A stretch of DNA of 64,000 nucleotides. Source: Escherichia coli. Lineage in GTDB: Bacteria; Pseudomonadota; Gammaproteobacteria; Enterobacterales; Enterobacteriaceae. The stretch lies in NCBI RefSeq assembly GCF_003790525.1, contig NZ_CP033635.1, one strand, 5' to 3'. The notes below the pieces were generated by a model, which was not told the origin of the DNA, ran no database searches, and saw nothing but the letters and a program-made list of their open reading frames with translations. Below are positions 23,063-36,009 of the stretch, piece by piece (the first letter of the stretch is position 1; each line of letters opens with the position of its first letter). The position numbers and the translations under genes are program-made.

Positions 23063-23683
23063 ATGAAAACTACGCATACCGCCCTCCCCTTTGCCGGAAA
23101 TACGCTGCATTTTGTTAAGTTCGATCCGGCGAGTTTTTGTGAGCAGGATTTACTCTGGCTGCCACACTACGCGCAACTGCAACACGCTGGACGTAAACGT
23201 AAAACAGAGCATTTAGCCGGACGGATCGCTGCAGTTTATGCGCTGCGGGAATATGGCTATAAATGTGTGCCCGCAATCGGCGAGCTACGCCAACCTGTGT
23301 GGCCTGCGGGGGTATACGGCAGCATTAGTCACTGTGGGACTACGGCATTAGCCGTGGTATCTCGTCAACCGATTGGCATTGATATTGAAGAGATTTTTTC
23401 TGCGCAAACAGCGGCAGAATTGACAGACAACATTATTACGCCAGCGGAACACAAGCGACTCGCAGACTGCGGTTTAGCCTTTTCTCTGGCGCTGACACTG
23501 GCATTTTCCGCCAAAGAGAGCGCATTTAAGGCATGTGAGAGACAAACTGATGCAGGATTTCTGGACTATCAGATAATTAACTGGAATAAACAGCAGGTCA
23601 TCATTCATCGTGAGAATAAGATGTTTGCTGTGCACTGGCAGATAAAAGAAAAGATAGTCATAACGCTGTGCCAACACAATTAA
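23063..23683 (+). CDS. entD: 4'-phosphopantetheinyl transferase for EntB/EntF
   Basis: 206-aa protein starting MKTTHT; an alternative start MVDMKTT lies at 23054. The listed ORF (from 22913) reads through the REP element and is judged an artefact. Confidence 0.9.
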   Translation: MKTTHTALPFAGNTLHFVKFDPASFCEQDLLWLPHYAQLQHAGRKRKTEHLAGRIAAVYALREYGYKCVPAIGELRQPVWPAGVYGSISHCGTTALAVVSRQPIGIDIEEIFSAQTAAELTDNIITPAEHKRLADCGLAFSLALTLAFSAKESAFKACERQTDAGFLDYQIINWNKQQVIIHRENKMFAVHWQIKEKIVITLCQHN

Positions 23684-23794
23684 TTGACAATATCTGGTAC
23701 GATTCGCCCGCAGCCATCACTGACCACGGGCGAAAGTGTAAAGCAGGTGCCTTACCATCCTGACCTGACAACCGGATATGCGGGGATTGCTCCC

Positions 23795-25130
23795 ATAAGC
23801 GCTAACTTAAGGGTTGTGGTATTACGCCTGATATGATTTAACGTGCCGATGAATTACTCTCACGATAACTGGTCAGCAATTCTGGCCCATATTGGTAAGC
23901 CCGAAGAACTGGATACTTCGGCACGTAATGCCGGGGCTCTAACCCGCCGCCGCGAAATTCGTGATGCTGCAACTCTGCTACGTCTGGGGCTGGCTTACGG
24001 CCCCGGGGGATGTCATTACGTGAAGTCACTGCATGGGCTCAGCTCCATGACGTTGCAACATTATCTGACGTGGCTCTCCTGAAGCGGCTGCGGAATGCCG
24101 CCGACTGGTTTGGCATACTTGCCGCACAAACACTTGCTGTACGCGCCGCAGTTACGGGTTGTACAAGCGGAAAGAGATTGCGTCTTGTCGATGGAACAGC
24201 AATCAGTGCGCCCGGGGGCGGCAGCGCTGAATGGCGACTACATATGGGATATGATCCTCATACCTGTCAGTTCACTGATTTTGAGCTAACCGACAGCAGA
24301 GACGCTGAACGGCTGGACCGATTTGCGCAAACGGCAGACGAGATACGCATTGCTGACCGGGGATTCGGTTCGCGTCCCGAATGTATCCGCTCACTTGCTT
24401 TTGGAGAAGCTGATTATATCGTCCGGGTTCACTGGCGAGGATTGCGCTGGTTAACTGCAGAAGGAATGCGCTTTGACATGATGGGTTTTCTGCGCGGGCT
24501 GGATTGCGGTAAGAACGGTGAAACCACTGTAATGATAGGCAATTCAGGTAATAAAAAAGCCGGAGCTCCCTTTCCGGCACGTCTCATTGCCGTATCACTT
24601 CCTCCCGAAAAAGCATTAATCAGTAAAACCCGACTGCTCAGCGAGAATCGTCGAAAAGGACGAGTAGTTCAGGCGGAAACGCTGGAAGCAGCGGGCCATG
24701 TGCTATTGCTAACATCATTACCGGAAGATGAATATTCAGCAGAGCAAGTGGCTGATTGTTACCGTCTGCGATGGCAAATTGAACTGGCTTTTAAGCGGCT
24801 CAAAAGTTTGCTGCACCTGGATGCTTTGCGTGCAAAGGAACCTGAACTCGCGAAAGCGTGGATATTTGCTAATCTACTCGCCGCATTTTTAATTGACGAC
24901 ATAATCCAGCCATCGCTGGATTTCCCCCCCAGAAGTGCCGGATCCGAAAAGAAGAACTAACTCGTTGTGGAGAATAACAAAAATGGTCATCTGGAGCTTA
25001 CAGGTGGCCATTCGTGGGACAGTATCCCTGACAGCCTACAAAACGCAATTGAAGAACGCGAGGCATCGTCTTAACGAGGCACCGAGGCGTCGCATTCTTC
25101 AGATGGTTCAACCCTTAAGTTAGCGCTTAT
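23795..25130 (+). mobile_element. Insertion sequence IS186 (IS4 family)
   Basis: Perfect 22-bp terminal inverted repeats (ATAAGCGCTAACTTAAGGGTTG at 23795-23816; reverse complement at 25109-25130), flanked by a 12-bp direct repeat GGGATTGCTCCC (23783-23794 and 25131-25142). Exact ends are ambiguous by 1 bp because the target is palindromic. Confidence 0.9.
23849..24960 (+). pseudogene. insL: IS186 transposase InsL, interrupted by an apparent 1-bp frameshift at a G5 run
   Basis: An N-terminal frame (MNYSHDNW..LAYGPGG, stop at 24080-24082) and a C-terminal frame (MSLREVTAWAQ.., 24010..24960) overlap and switch frame at GGGGG 24005-24009. Together they reconstitute a single IS4-type transposase of about 370 aa. 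Confidence 0.7.
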
Positions 25131-25152
25131 GGGATTGCTCCCCGCACAACGG

Positions 25153-25305
25153 CTACTTCTTCGGTTCGTAAGCGAGAACAGCCTTAAACTCAATATTACG
25201 TTCCTTCACCGTAAACTCACACAGCGAGTCTCCGACCAGAAGCGTAAATCCCAGCACCGTCAAACACAGCACTATGACTGCCACAAGGGCATATTTCGTC
25301 AGCAT
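25153..25305 (-). CDS. hokE: Hok-family type I toxin (small membrane peptide)
   Basis: 50-aa peptide [50 protein letters not shown], typical Hok/Gef. The listed 88-aa ORF is an in-frame upstream extension. Confidence 0.85.
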   Translation of the reverse strand: MLTKYALVAVIVLCLTVLGFTLLVGDSLCEFTVKERNIEFKAVLAYEPKK

Positions 25306-25737
25306 GTTTATATTGCCTCCATGCGAAGAAGGGACTACCATCCAAATTGTTCGGGTTTGGAGTGGCAGCCCCAGGGTTGATAGAAATATCTCCTGGGGCT
25401 TCATCTTTCCAGACCTCAAAGTTAACCTGAAACCGGAAAGCTTCAGGCACCCGCCGTTATCTTACCCTTCCTCAACAAAATAGCTGTTTATTTATACAGT
25501 AAATCCTGTTTCGGACTTCTCACTCCCCATTTGATCAACTGAAGCTGAACCCGTTTTTATCTGCACGCCTCAATCGTCAAAATTCTTCGCCGCCAGCCAA
25601 CTATGACGCAACTGGTCACATTGCAAAATGTAGCCAATTTGCTTCAGTCACCATCACCAAAAAAAGAAATATTCCAGAACTTCCGCATCTCGCCCAGTCG
25701 CTCCCACTTCTATACTGAATAGAAAACGCCAACATAA

Positions 25738-26865
<1,128 letters not shown>

Positions 26866-26930
26866 GCCGGGAATTGCCTTACAGAAGAATATCCCTGACA
26901 ATGGTGTTTTAACTTACATTTAACAATGTT

Positions 26931-27179
26931 ATGAAACACCCTTTAGAAACCTTGACCACCGCAGCAGGCATTTTGCTGATGGCTTTCCTCTCTTGCCTGC
27001 TGCTTCCCGCCCCCGCATTGGGGCTGACGCTGGCACAAAAACTGGTGACCACGTTCCATCTGATGGATCTTAGCCAGCTTTACACTTTATTGTTTTGTCT
27101 GTGGTTTTTAGTGCTGGGCGCTATTGAGTATTTTGTTCTGCGCTTTATCTGGCGACGCTGGTTCTCGCTGGCGGATTAA
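26931..27179 (+). CDS. ybdJ: Small inner-membrane protein YbdJ (DUF1158)
   Basis: 82-aa hydrophobic ORF at the conserved position between ybdK and ybdF. Confidence 0.8.
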
Positions 27180-27243
27180 ACGTCGATTATCGCCGAACTT
27201 CGCGGCATACTTTGCTTATTCTCCTTCGCCTAAAGGAACGTTT

Positions 27244-27627
27244 ATGGATAAGCAATCACTGCACGAAACGGCGAAACGCCTGGCTCTTGAGTTACCCTTT
27301 GTCGAGCTTTGCTGGCCTTTTGGCCCGGAGTTCGATGTTTTTAAAATTGGCGGCAAGATTTTTATGCTGTCGTCGGAGCTGCGCGGCGTCCCCTTTATCA
27401 ATCTGAAGTCCGATCCACAAAAATCCCTGCTAAATCAGCAAATATACCCAAGCATCAAGCCAGGGTATCACATGAATAAAAAGCACTGGATTTCGGTGTA
27501 TCCCGGCGAGGAAATCTCCGAAGCGTTACTTCGCGATCTGATCAACGATTCGTGGAATCTGGTGGTTGATGGTCTGGCTAAACGCGATCAAAAAAGAGTG
27601 CGTCCTGACTCAACCGTAAATCAATAG
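27244..27627 (+). CDS. ybdF: Uncharacterised protein YbdF (DUF419-like)
   Basis: Protein starting [21 protein letters not shown]; the listed ORF has a 40-codon upstream extension overlapping ybdJ. Confidence 0.8.
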
Positions 27628-27705
27628 CGCATTTTTCTCGCTTACCATTTCATCTCGATCCTTGTAATCTGCTGGCACGCAAAATTACTTTCACATGGAG
27701 TCTTT

Positions 27706-28359
27706 ATGGATATCATTTCTGTCGCCTTAAAGCGTCATTCCACTAAGGCATTTGATGCCAGCAAAAAACTTACCCCGGAACAGGCCGAGCAGATAAAAAC
27801 TCTACTGCAATACAGCCCATCCAGCACCAACTCCCAGCCGTGGCATTTTATTGTTGCCAGCACGGAAGAAGGTAAAGCGCGTGTTGCCAAATCCGCTGCC
27901 GGTAATTACGTGTTCAACGAGCGTAAAATGCTTGATGCCTCGCACGTCGTGGTGTTCTGTGCAAAAACCGCGATGGACGATGCCTGGCTGAAGCTGGTTG
28001 TTGACCAGGAAGATGCCGATGGCCGCTTTGCCACGCCGGAAGCGAAAGCCGCGAACGATAAAGGTCGCAAGTTCTTCGCCGATATGCACCGTAAAGATCT
28101 GCATGATGATGCAGAGTGGATGGCAAAACAGGTTTATCTCAACGTCGGCAACTTCCTGCTCGGCGTGGCGGCGCTGGGTCTGGACGCGGTACCCATCGAA
28201 GGTTTTGACGCCGCCATCCTCGATGCAGAATTTGGTCTGAAAGAGAAAGGCTACACCAGTCTGGTAGTTGTTCCGGTGGGTCATCACAGCGTTGAAGATT
28301 TTAACGCTACGCTGCCGAAATCTCGTCTGCCGCAAAACATCACCTTAACCGAAGTGTAA
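27706..28359 (+). CDS. nfsB: Oxygen-insensitive NAD(P)H nitroreductase
   Basis: 217-aa [26 protein letters not shown]; recognised as NfsB. Confidence 0.95.
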   Translation: MDIISVALKRHSTKAFDASKKLTPEQAEQIKTLLQYSPSSTNSQPWHFIVASTEEGKARVAKSAAGNYVFNERKMLDASHVVVFCAKTAMDDAWLKLVVDQEDADGRFATPEAKAANDKGRKFFADMHRKDLHDDAEWMAKQVYLNVGNFLLGVAALGLDAVPIEGFDAAILDAEFGLKEKGYTSLVVVPVGHHSVEDFNATLPKSRLPQNITLTEV

Positions 28360-28418
28360 TTCTCTCTTGCCGGGCATCTGCCCGGCTATTTCCCCTCAGA
28401 TTCTCCTGATTTGCATAA

Positions 28419-29714
<1,296 letters not shown>

Positions 29715-29716
29715 TT

Positions 29717-29760
29717 AAAAAAACCGCTCTCATCGCATGGATGAGAGCGGACATCGTTTT
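29717..29760. terminator. Bidirectional intrinsic terminator between convergent ybdG and pheP
   Basis: Perfect 11-bp stem CCGCTCTCATC / GATGAGAGCGG (29724-29734 and 29740-29750) with a 5-nt loop, preceded by an A-run and followed by a T-rich tract. Confidence 0.6.
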
Positions 29761-29781
29761 GTCGGATGTGGCGTGAATGCC

Positions 29782-31158
29782 TTATTTCCGACGCAGCGTT
29801 TTAAATGCCACAAACAGGAATACAATCCACACCGGCAGCAGAATCGCTGACAAGCGCATATCATCCATCGTGCACATCAGCAGCAAAATCATGCCGAGGA
29901 AGGCGATGCAGAGATAGTTGCCGAACGGATAGAGCAGCGCCTTAAACTGTGTTTCACGCCCCTGACGTCGCATCGCTGCACGAAAACGCAGATGTGCCAG
30001 ACAGATCATAATCCAGTTCAACAGCAGCGTTGCTACCACCAGCGCCATCAGCAGACCAAACGCTTTTTGCGGCAGCAGATAGTTGATTAACACCACCAGC
30101 GAAGTGATCGCTCCGGAAAGCATCAGCGAGTTAATCGGCACACCGCGACGGCTGACGCGAGTCAAAAACTTCGGCGCATTACCCTGCACAGAAAGGCCAA
30201 ACAGCATGCGGCTGTTAGAGTAAACCCCGCTGTTATACACCGATAATGATGCTACCAGAATGACGAAGTTCAGCGCAGAAGCTACCACGTTGCTGTCGAG
30301 ATTATGGAAAATCATCACAAACGGGCTACTGTTAGATTTCACTTCCACCCACGGATAGAGTGCCAGTAAAACCACCAGTGAACCGATGTAAAACAGCAGG
30401 ATGCGATACACCACCTGATTCACTGCTTTCGGGATGCTTTTTTCCGGAGCGCGCGCTTCAGCGGCAGTAATCCCAATCAGCTCCAGCCCGCCGAAGGAGA
30501 ACATAATCACCGCCAGCGACAAAATCAGCCCATTCCAGCCGGTGGCAAAAAAACCACCGTAGCGCCAGAGGTTATCGATACTGGCTTTCTCGCCGCCGTG
30601 ACCAGAAAACAGCAGCCACAGGCCAAAGCCGATCATACCGATGATCGCCAGCACTTTAATCAGCGCAAACCAGAACTCGGTTTCGCCATATAAGCGCACG
30701 TTCACCAGGTTAACGGCGTTGATGATAATAAAGAAGGCGGCAGCCCAAATCCACGTTGGAACATCCGGGAACCAGTACTGCATATAGATGCCCGCAGCGG
30801 TCAGCTCTGCCATTCCCACCAGCACGAACATTACCCAGTAGTTCCAGCCAGAGAGGAAGCCCGCAAACGGTCCCCAGTATTTATAGGCAAAGTGGGCAAA
30901 TGAACCGGATACCGGCTCCTCAACCACCATTTCGCCGAGCTGGCGCATAATCAGGAAAGCGATGATCCCGGCGACGCCGTAGCCCAGCAATACAGCCGGA
31001 CCCGCCATCTGAATCGCCGGGCCAATGCCAAGAAACAGACCAGTACCAATTGCGCCACCCAGCGCAATCAGTTGAATATGACGGTTATGTAATCCGCGAT
31101 GAAGCGTCGGCTCTTGATTCGACGCAGTATCTTCCGATACGGTTGACGCGTTTTTCAC
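29782..31158 (-). CDS. pheP: Phenylalanine-specific permease (APC family)
   Basis: 458-aa protein with a GTG start (VKNASTV); the listed ORF extends 12 codons upstream; matches remembered PheP. Confidence 0.92.
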   Translation of the reverse strand: MKNASTVSEDTASNQEPTLHRGLHNRHIQLIALGGAIGTGLFLGIGPAIQMAGPAVLLGYGVAGIIAFLIMRQLGEMVVEEPVSGSFAHFAYKYWGPFAGFLSGWNYWVMFVLVGMAELTAAGIYMQYWFPDVPTWIWAAAFFIIINAVNLVNVRLYGETEFWFALIKVLAIIGMIGFGLWLLFSGHGGEKASIDNLWRYGGFFATGWNGLILSLAVIMFSFGGLELIGITAAEARAPEKSIPKAVNQVVYRILLFYIGSLVVLLALYPWVEVKSNSSPFVMIFHNLDSNVVASALNFVILVASLSVYNSGVYSNSRMLFGLSVQGNAPKFLTRVSRRGVPINSLMLSGAITSLVVLINYLLPQKAFGLLMALVVATLLLNWIMICLAHLRFRAAMRRQGRETQFKALLYPFGNYLCIAFLGMILLLMCTMDDMRLSAILLPVWIVFLFVAFKTLRRK

Positions 31159-31259
31159 GCCTTTCCCCTGTGTGTCTTTTTTGTTGAGGGGCACCTTTTA
31201 ACATTTAGTGCCCATCGTCGCAAGACACAATCCACACGGTTAAACGGGGTATCCTGCTT

Positions 31260-34200
31260 TTATTTCCGTACCCGATGTCGGTGCAGCCACATCAGCTTAT
31301 ACGCCGCCGGGATAATAAACAGCGATAGCAAAGGCGCGGTGATCATGCCGCCAATCATCGGCGCGGCAATCCGGCTCATCACCTCTGAACCTGCTCCCGT
31401 TCCCCACAGAATCGGCAGCAGACCGGCGATAATCACCGCCACCGTCATCGCTTTCGGGCGCACGCGCAGGACCGCGCCGTGATACAACGCCTCATCCAGC
31501 TTCTGCTCGCTGAATGTTTGCGGATTATTCAACGACGGCTCGGCCTCTATGGCGTGACGTAAATACATCAGCATCACCACGCCAAATTCGGCGGCGACCC
31601 CGGCAAGGGCAATAAAACCGGTGCCCGTCGCCACGGAAAGATGAAAGCCCATCCACCACAGCAACCAGATGCCGCCCACCAGCGCAAACGGTACGCTGCT
31701 GATAATCAGCAACGCTTCGCCCACCCGACGGAACGCCAGATACAACAGCACGAAGATGATCATCAGCGTCATCGGCACCATCAGTTTCAGCTTATGGTTG
31801 GCGCGCTCCAGTAGCTCGAACTGCCCGGAGAATGCCACGCTGGTGCCCGGTTTTAACTGCACTTTTTCAGCTATCGCTTTTTGCAGATCGTGAACCACCG
31901 ACACCATGTCACGATCGCGGGCATCGATATAAATCCAGCTCGTCGGGCGCGCATTCTCGGTTTTCAGCATCGACGGTCCGGTAGAGACTTTAACGTCGGC
32001 CACGTCTGCCAGGGTGATTTGCTGCTTCATCGGCGTGAGGATCGGCAACTGGCGCAGTGCCTGCGGGCTATCGCGCCAGCTTTGCGGATAACGCAGATTA
32101 ATTGGATAACGAGCAATCCCTTCCACCGTTTCGCCAACCATCGCCCCGCCCACCGCAGATGTCACAAACAATTGCACATCCGCCACCGTCATACCGTAAC
32201 GCGCGGCTTTTTCACGGTTAATCTCAACGTTGATATAGCGCCCACCTTCCAGCCGCTCGGCAAGAGCAGAAGCTACGCCTGGCACCGTTCGCGCCACTTC
32301 TTCAATTTGCTCCGCCATCGTGTCGATATCCGCCAGCACAGTGCCGGAAACTTTAATGCCGATAGGGCTTTTAATGCCAGTCGAGAGCATATCGATACGG
32401 TTACGAATTGGCGGCACCCACAGATTCGCCAGCCCCGGCAGACGCACGGTGTTATCCAGTTCCTCAATGATTTTGTCCATCGTCATGCCTGGCCGCCACT
32501 GATCTTGTGGCTTAAGCTGGATAGTCGTTTCTACCATCTCCAGTGGAGCTGAATCGGTGGCGGTTTCCGCTTTCCCGGTTTTGCCAAATACCCGCGCCAC
32601 TTCCGGTACGCTCATAATCAGCTTGTCGGTTTTTTGCAGCATGCTCGCCGCCTCTGCTGCGGAAATCCCCGGCAGCGTCGATGGCATATACAACAAGTCG
32701 CCTTCATTGATCTGCGGTAAAAATTCCCCGCCAACTTTATTGAGCGGCCAGAGTACCGTCAGCACCGAAAGCGCTGCCACCAACAGCGTGGTTTTCGGCC
32801 AGTGCAGTACTTTCAGCAACAGCGGATGATAAACACGAATCAAAAAGCGATTGAGCGGGTTACTGCTTTCCGGCGGAATTTTGCCACGGATCCAGTAGCC
32901 CATCAGGATCGGGATCACTACGATCGCCAGTAGCGCCGCGCCCGCCATCGCATAGGTTTTGGTGAACGCCAGCGGGCCAAACAGACGACCTTCCTGCCCT
33001 TCCAGGGTGAAGATCGGGATAAACGACAGCGTGATAATCAGCAGACTGATAAACAGCGCCGGCCCCACTTCAACAGATGCATCGGTAATCACCTGCCAGC
33101 GCGTTTTATTATCCAGCGTGGCGTCAGGATGCTGGTGCTGCCACTCTTCCAGCCGTTTATGCGCATTCTCGATCATGACGATAGCGGCATCGACCATCGC
33201 CCCGACGGCAATCGCAATACCGCCCAGCGACATAATATTGGCGTTCAGTCCCTGAAAGTGCATGACAATAAAAGCAATACACAACCCCAGCGGCAACGAA
33301 ATAATCGCCACCAGCGCCGAGCGCACATGCCAGAGAAACAGCGCACAGACTACCGCCACCACAATAAACTCTTCCAGCAACTTGCCACTGAGGTTGTCAA
33401 TGGCGCGGTCAATGAGCTGGCTGCGATCGTATGTTGTAACTATCTCCACGCCTTCCGGCAGACTGCTTTTCAGCGTTTCCAGTTTGTCCTTCACGGCAGC
33501 GATCACTTCACGGGCGTTTTTGCCGGAACGCAGGATCACCACCCCGCCCGCCACTTCGCCTTCGCCGTTCAGTTCGGCAATGCCCCGGCGCATCTCCGGG
33601 CCAACCTGGACCTTCGCAACATCACGCAGATAAACGGGCACGCCATTTTCACTGGCTTTTAAAACGATGTGATTAAAGTCGTCGAGCGTTTGCAGATATC
33701 CGCTGGCGCGCACCATATATTCCGCTTCCGCCAGTTCGATCGACGAACCGCCCGCTTCCTGGTTTGAAGCATCCAGCGCGCTTTTTACTTCGGCGAGACT
33801 GATGCCATACTGCGCCAGGCGCTGAGGATCGATAACCACCTGATACTCTTTCACCACACCGCCCACCGACGCCACTTCCGCAACGTCAGGGATGGTTTTT
33901 AGCTCATATTTGAGAAACCAGTCCTGCAATGAGCGTAAATCGGCCAGATCGTGCTTACCGCTGCGATCTACCAGTGCATATTCATAGATCCAGCCAACGC
34001 CCGTGGCGTCTGGCCCCAGCTCGGCGCTGACTCCCGCAGGCAGCTTCCCCTGTACCTGATTGAGGTACTCCAGCACCCGCGAGCGCGCCCAGTACGGATC
34101 GGTGCCATCTTCAAAAATGACATACACATAAGAGTCGCCAAACTGCGAGAAACCGCGCACTGTCTTCGCGCCAGGTACCGACAACATGGTGGTGGTTAGC

Positions 34201-34403
34201 GGATAAGTCACCTGATTTTCAACGATTTGCGGTGCCTGACCGGGATAGCTGGTTTTAATAATCACCTGTACATCAGAGAGATCCGGCAGCGCATCCACTG
34301 GCGTGTTAATGATGGTCCAGGTGCCCCAGATGCTCAGAAACAACGCGCCCATCAGCACCAGAAAACGGTTCGCCACCGAGCGACGAATAATCCATTCAAT
34401 CAT
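31260..34403 (-). CDS. cusA: Cu(I)/Ag(I) efflux RND transporter
   Basis: 1047-aa RND pump starting [24 protein letters not shown]; recognised as CusA. Confidence 0.95.
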   Translation of the reverse strand: MIEWIIRRSVANRFLVLMGALFLSIWGTWTIINTPVDALPDLSDVQVIIKTSYPGQAPQIVENQVTYPLTTTMLSVPGAKTVRGFSQFGDSYVYVIFEDGTDPYWARSRVLEYLNQVQGKLPAGVSAELGPDATGVGWIYEYALVDRSGKHDLADLRSLQDWFLKYELKTIPDVAEVASVGGVVKEYQVVIDPQRLAQYGISLAEVKSALDASNQEAGGSSIELAEAEYMVRASGYLQTLDDFNHIVLKASENGVPVYLRDVAKVQVGPEMRRGIAELNGEGEVAGGVVILRSGKNAREVIAAVKDKLETLKSSLPEGVEIVTTYDRSQLIDRAIDNLSGKLLEEFIVVAVVCALFLWHVRSALVAIISLPLGLCIAFIVMHFQGLNANIMSLGGIAIAVGAMVDAAIVMIENAHKRLEEWQHQHPDATLDNKTRWQVITDASVEVGPALFISLLIITLSFIPIFTLEGQEGRLFGPLAFTKTYAMAGAALLAIVVIPILMGYWIRGKIPPESSNPLNRFLIRVYHPLLLKVLHWPKTTLLVAALSVLTVLWPLNKVGGEFLPQINEGDLLYMPSTLPGISAAEAASMLQKTDKLIMSVPEVARVFGKTGKAETATDSAPLEMVETTIQLKPQDQWRPGMTMDKIIEELDNTVRLPGLANLWVPPIRNRIDMLSTGIKSPIGIKVSGTVLADIDTMAEQIEEVARTVPGVASALAERLEGGRYINVEINREKAARYGMTVADVQLFVTSAVGGAMVGETVEGIARYPINLRYPQSWRDSPQALRQLPILTPMKQQITLADVADVKVSTGPSMLKTENARPTSWIYIDARDRDMVSVVHDLQKAIAEKVQLKPGTSVAFSGQFELLERANHKLKLMVPMTLMIIFVLLYLAFRRVGEALLIISSVPFALVGGIWLLWWMGFHLSVATGTGFIALAGVAAEFGVVMLMYLRHAIEAEPSLNNPQTFSEQKLDEALYHGAVLRVRPKAMTVAVIIAGLLPILWGTGAGSEVMSRIAAPMIGGMITAPLLSLFIIPAAYKLMWLHRHRVRK

Positions 34404-34414
34404 TGGTTATTCCC

Positions 34415-35638
34415 TCAATGCGCATGGGTAGCACTTTCAGAGCGCATCCGCTCCAGTGCGCCAGAAATATTGGCTTCAGAATCAATCAGGAACAGGCCGC
34501 TGGAAACCACCTTTTCACCTTCCGCCAGACCAGAGCGTAACGCGGTGACGCCTTGCGATGCCTGGAAAACGGCAACGCGTTTCGGTACAAAGCGCCCGTC
34601 AGCATCAACGGTAATCACCCGCTGTTCGTTGCCGGTATCAATCAGCGCCTGTGACGGAATGAGCAGCATCGGTTCGCTGGCGGTATTGAGTTGCAACCAG
34701 GCGTTCATGCCCGGTTTTAGCGCCTCGTCGGCGTTGTCGACTTCCAGACGCAGTTGTAGCGTGCGGGTCGCGGCATCCACGCCGGGTAGCAGGGTCCATT
34801 TGCGAATGGTGAGTGTTTTATCCGGTCGCGCCGGAACGGTGAGGGTAAACTGCGAGGCATCTTTCACCAGCCAGGCGATGGACTCCGGGATCGCAGCAGT
34901 GACCCACACCGGGTCCATACCCTGAATTTTCGCGACCACGTTATCTTTGGCGATATTCATTCCCGCGCGCAGATCAAACGCGGTGATCACGCCATCAATG
35001 GGCGCTTTGAGCGTAAAGCGAGTCTGGATTTTTTGCGTGGCGATCAGGCGGCGAATATCCGCCTCCGGCATTCCCGCCAGTCTCAGCCGCTCAAGAATGC
35101 CTTCAGTCTGGGTCGCCGTACCGCCGGTTTCGCGCAGCAGTAAATACTCACTCTGCGCTTCCACCCAGTCGGGAATGGTCAGGTCGAGAAGCGGTGTGCC
35201 CTTTTGTACTTTATCGCCCACGGTAAGCGGATACACCTTGTCGATAAACCCGGCAGCGCGAGCCTGCACAATGGCATACTGATACTCGTTGTAACTGACA
35301 TTCGCCGGGAAACTCTGGGCAAAAGTCAGCGGCCCGCGCGTGACGGTCGCCGTTTTCACCCCCAGATTCTGCGTCTGGGTCGGGTCAATGCGTACACCAG
35401 ACGCAGAACTCTCTTCATCGGCATATTTCGGCACCAGATCCATATCCATAAACGGCGATTTACCTGGTTTATCGAACCGCGTATTGGGATACATCGGGTC
35501 GTACCAGAATAAGATTTTACGTTCTGCGGTCGGCGTTTTTTCTGCGGGCGGTTCAGCCTTTGCAAACCAGGTAAAACCTGCCGCAGAAATAATACCGCCC
35601 GCGATCATGCTGCCGATAATAAGCGCGATTTTTTTCAT
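34415..35638 (-). CDS. cusB: Cu(I)/Ag(I) efflux membrane fusion protein
   Basis: 407-aa ORF; recognised as CusB. Confidence 0.95.
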   Translation of the reverse strand: MKKIALIIGSMIAGGIISAAGFTWFAKAEPPAEKTPTAERKILFWYDPMYPNTRFDKPGKSPFMDMDLVPKYADEESSASGVRIDPTQTQNLGVKTATVTRGPLTFAQSFPANVSYNEYQYAIVQARAAGFIDKVYPLTVGDKVQKGTPLLDLTIPDWVEAQSEYLLLRETGGTATQTEGILERLRLAGMPEADIRRLIATQKIQTRFTLKAPIDGVITAFDLRAGMNIAKDNVVAKIQGMDPVWVTAAIPESIAWLVKDASQFTLTVPARPDKTLTIRKWTLLPGVDAATRTLQLRLEVDNADEALKPGMNAWLQLNTASEPMLLIPSQALIDTGNEQRVITVDADGRFVPKRVAVFQASQGVTALRSGLAEGEKVVSSGLFLIDSEANISGALERMRSESATHAH

Positions 35639-35653
35639 CTCATTAAACCTGGG

Positions 35654-35986
35654 TTACTGGCTGACTTTAATATCCTGTAATAAAGAAAGGTTGCCCTGCT
35701 GGACAAAATTAAACGCCACTTTGTCGCCGGTTTTAATTTCGCTCATTTTCGTCTGCGGGGTGATGGTAAAGCGCATGGTCATCTCCGGCCAGTTCACGGC
35801 AGCAATCGGATCGTGATGGATGGTGATTTTTTTGCTTTCCAGATCAACACCTTTTACCACGCCAGTGGCGCTAATAACCTGTGGCTGTGCTTCGCTCATG
35901 GATTCATGATGATGTTCGTTAGCCTGGGCATTAAAGCCAATAACGGTAAACAGACTAAACATTGCGACTTGCAGTGCTTTTTTCAT
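35654..35986 (-). CDS. cusF: Periplasmic copper/silver metallochaperone
   Basis: 110-aa ORF with a signal peptide and a His-rich N-terminus; recognised as CusF. Confidence 0.93.
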   Translation of the reverse strand: MKKALQVAMFSLFTVIGFNAQANEHHHESMSEAQPQVISATGVVKGVDLESKKITIHHDPIAAVNWPEMTMRFTITPQTKMSEIKTGDKVAFNFVQQGNLSLLQDIKVSQ

Positions 35987-36009
35987 TTATTCTCTCCTGG
36001 AGTTAAAAA

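Noticed and set aside
23843-24960. Two separate genes inside IS186 (79-aa and 316-aa ORFs)
   Set aside because: They are the two halves of one transposase separated by a single-base frame change at a G-run, not independent genes.
25153-25419. 88-aa extended HokE ORF
   Set aside because: Hok toxins are about 50 aa. The conserved peptide begins at the internal Met (25305), and the upstream extension has no Hok-like features.
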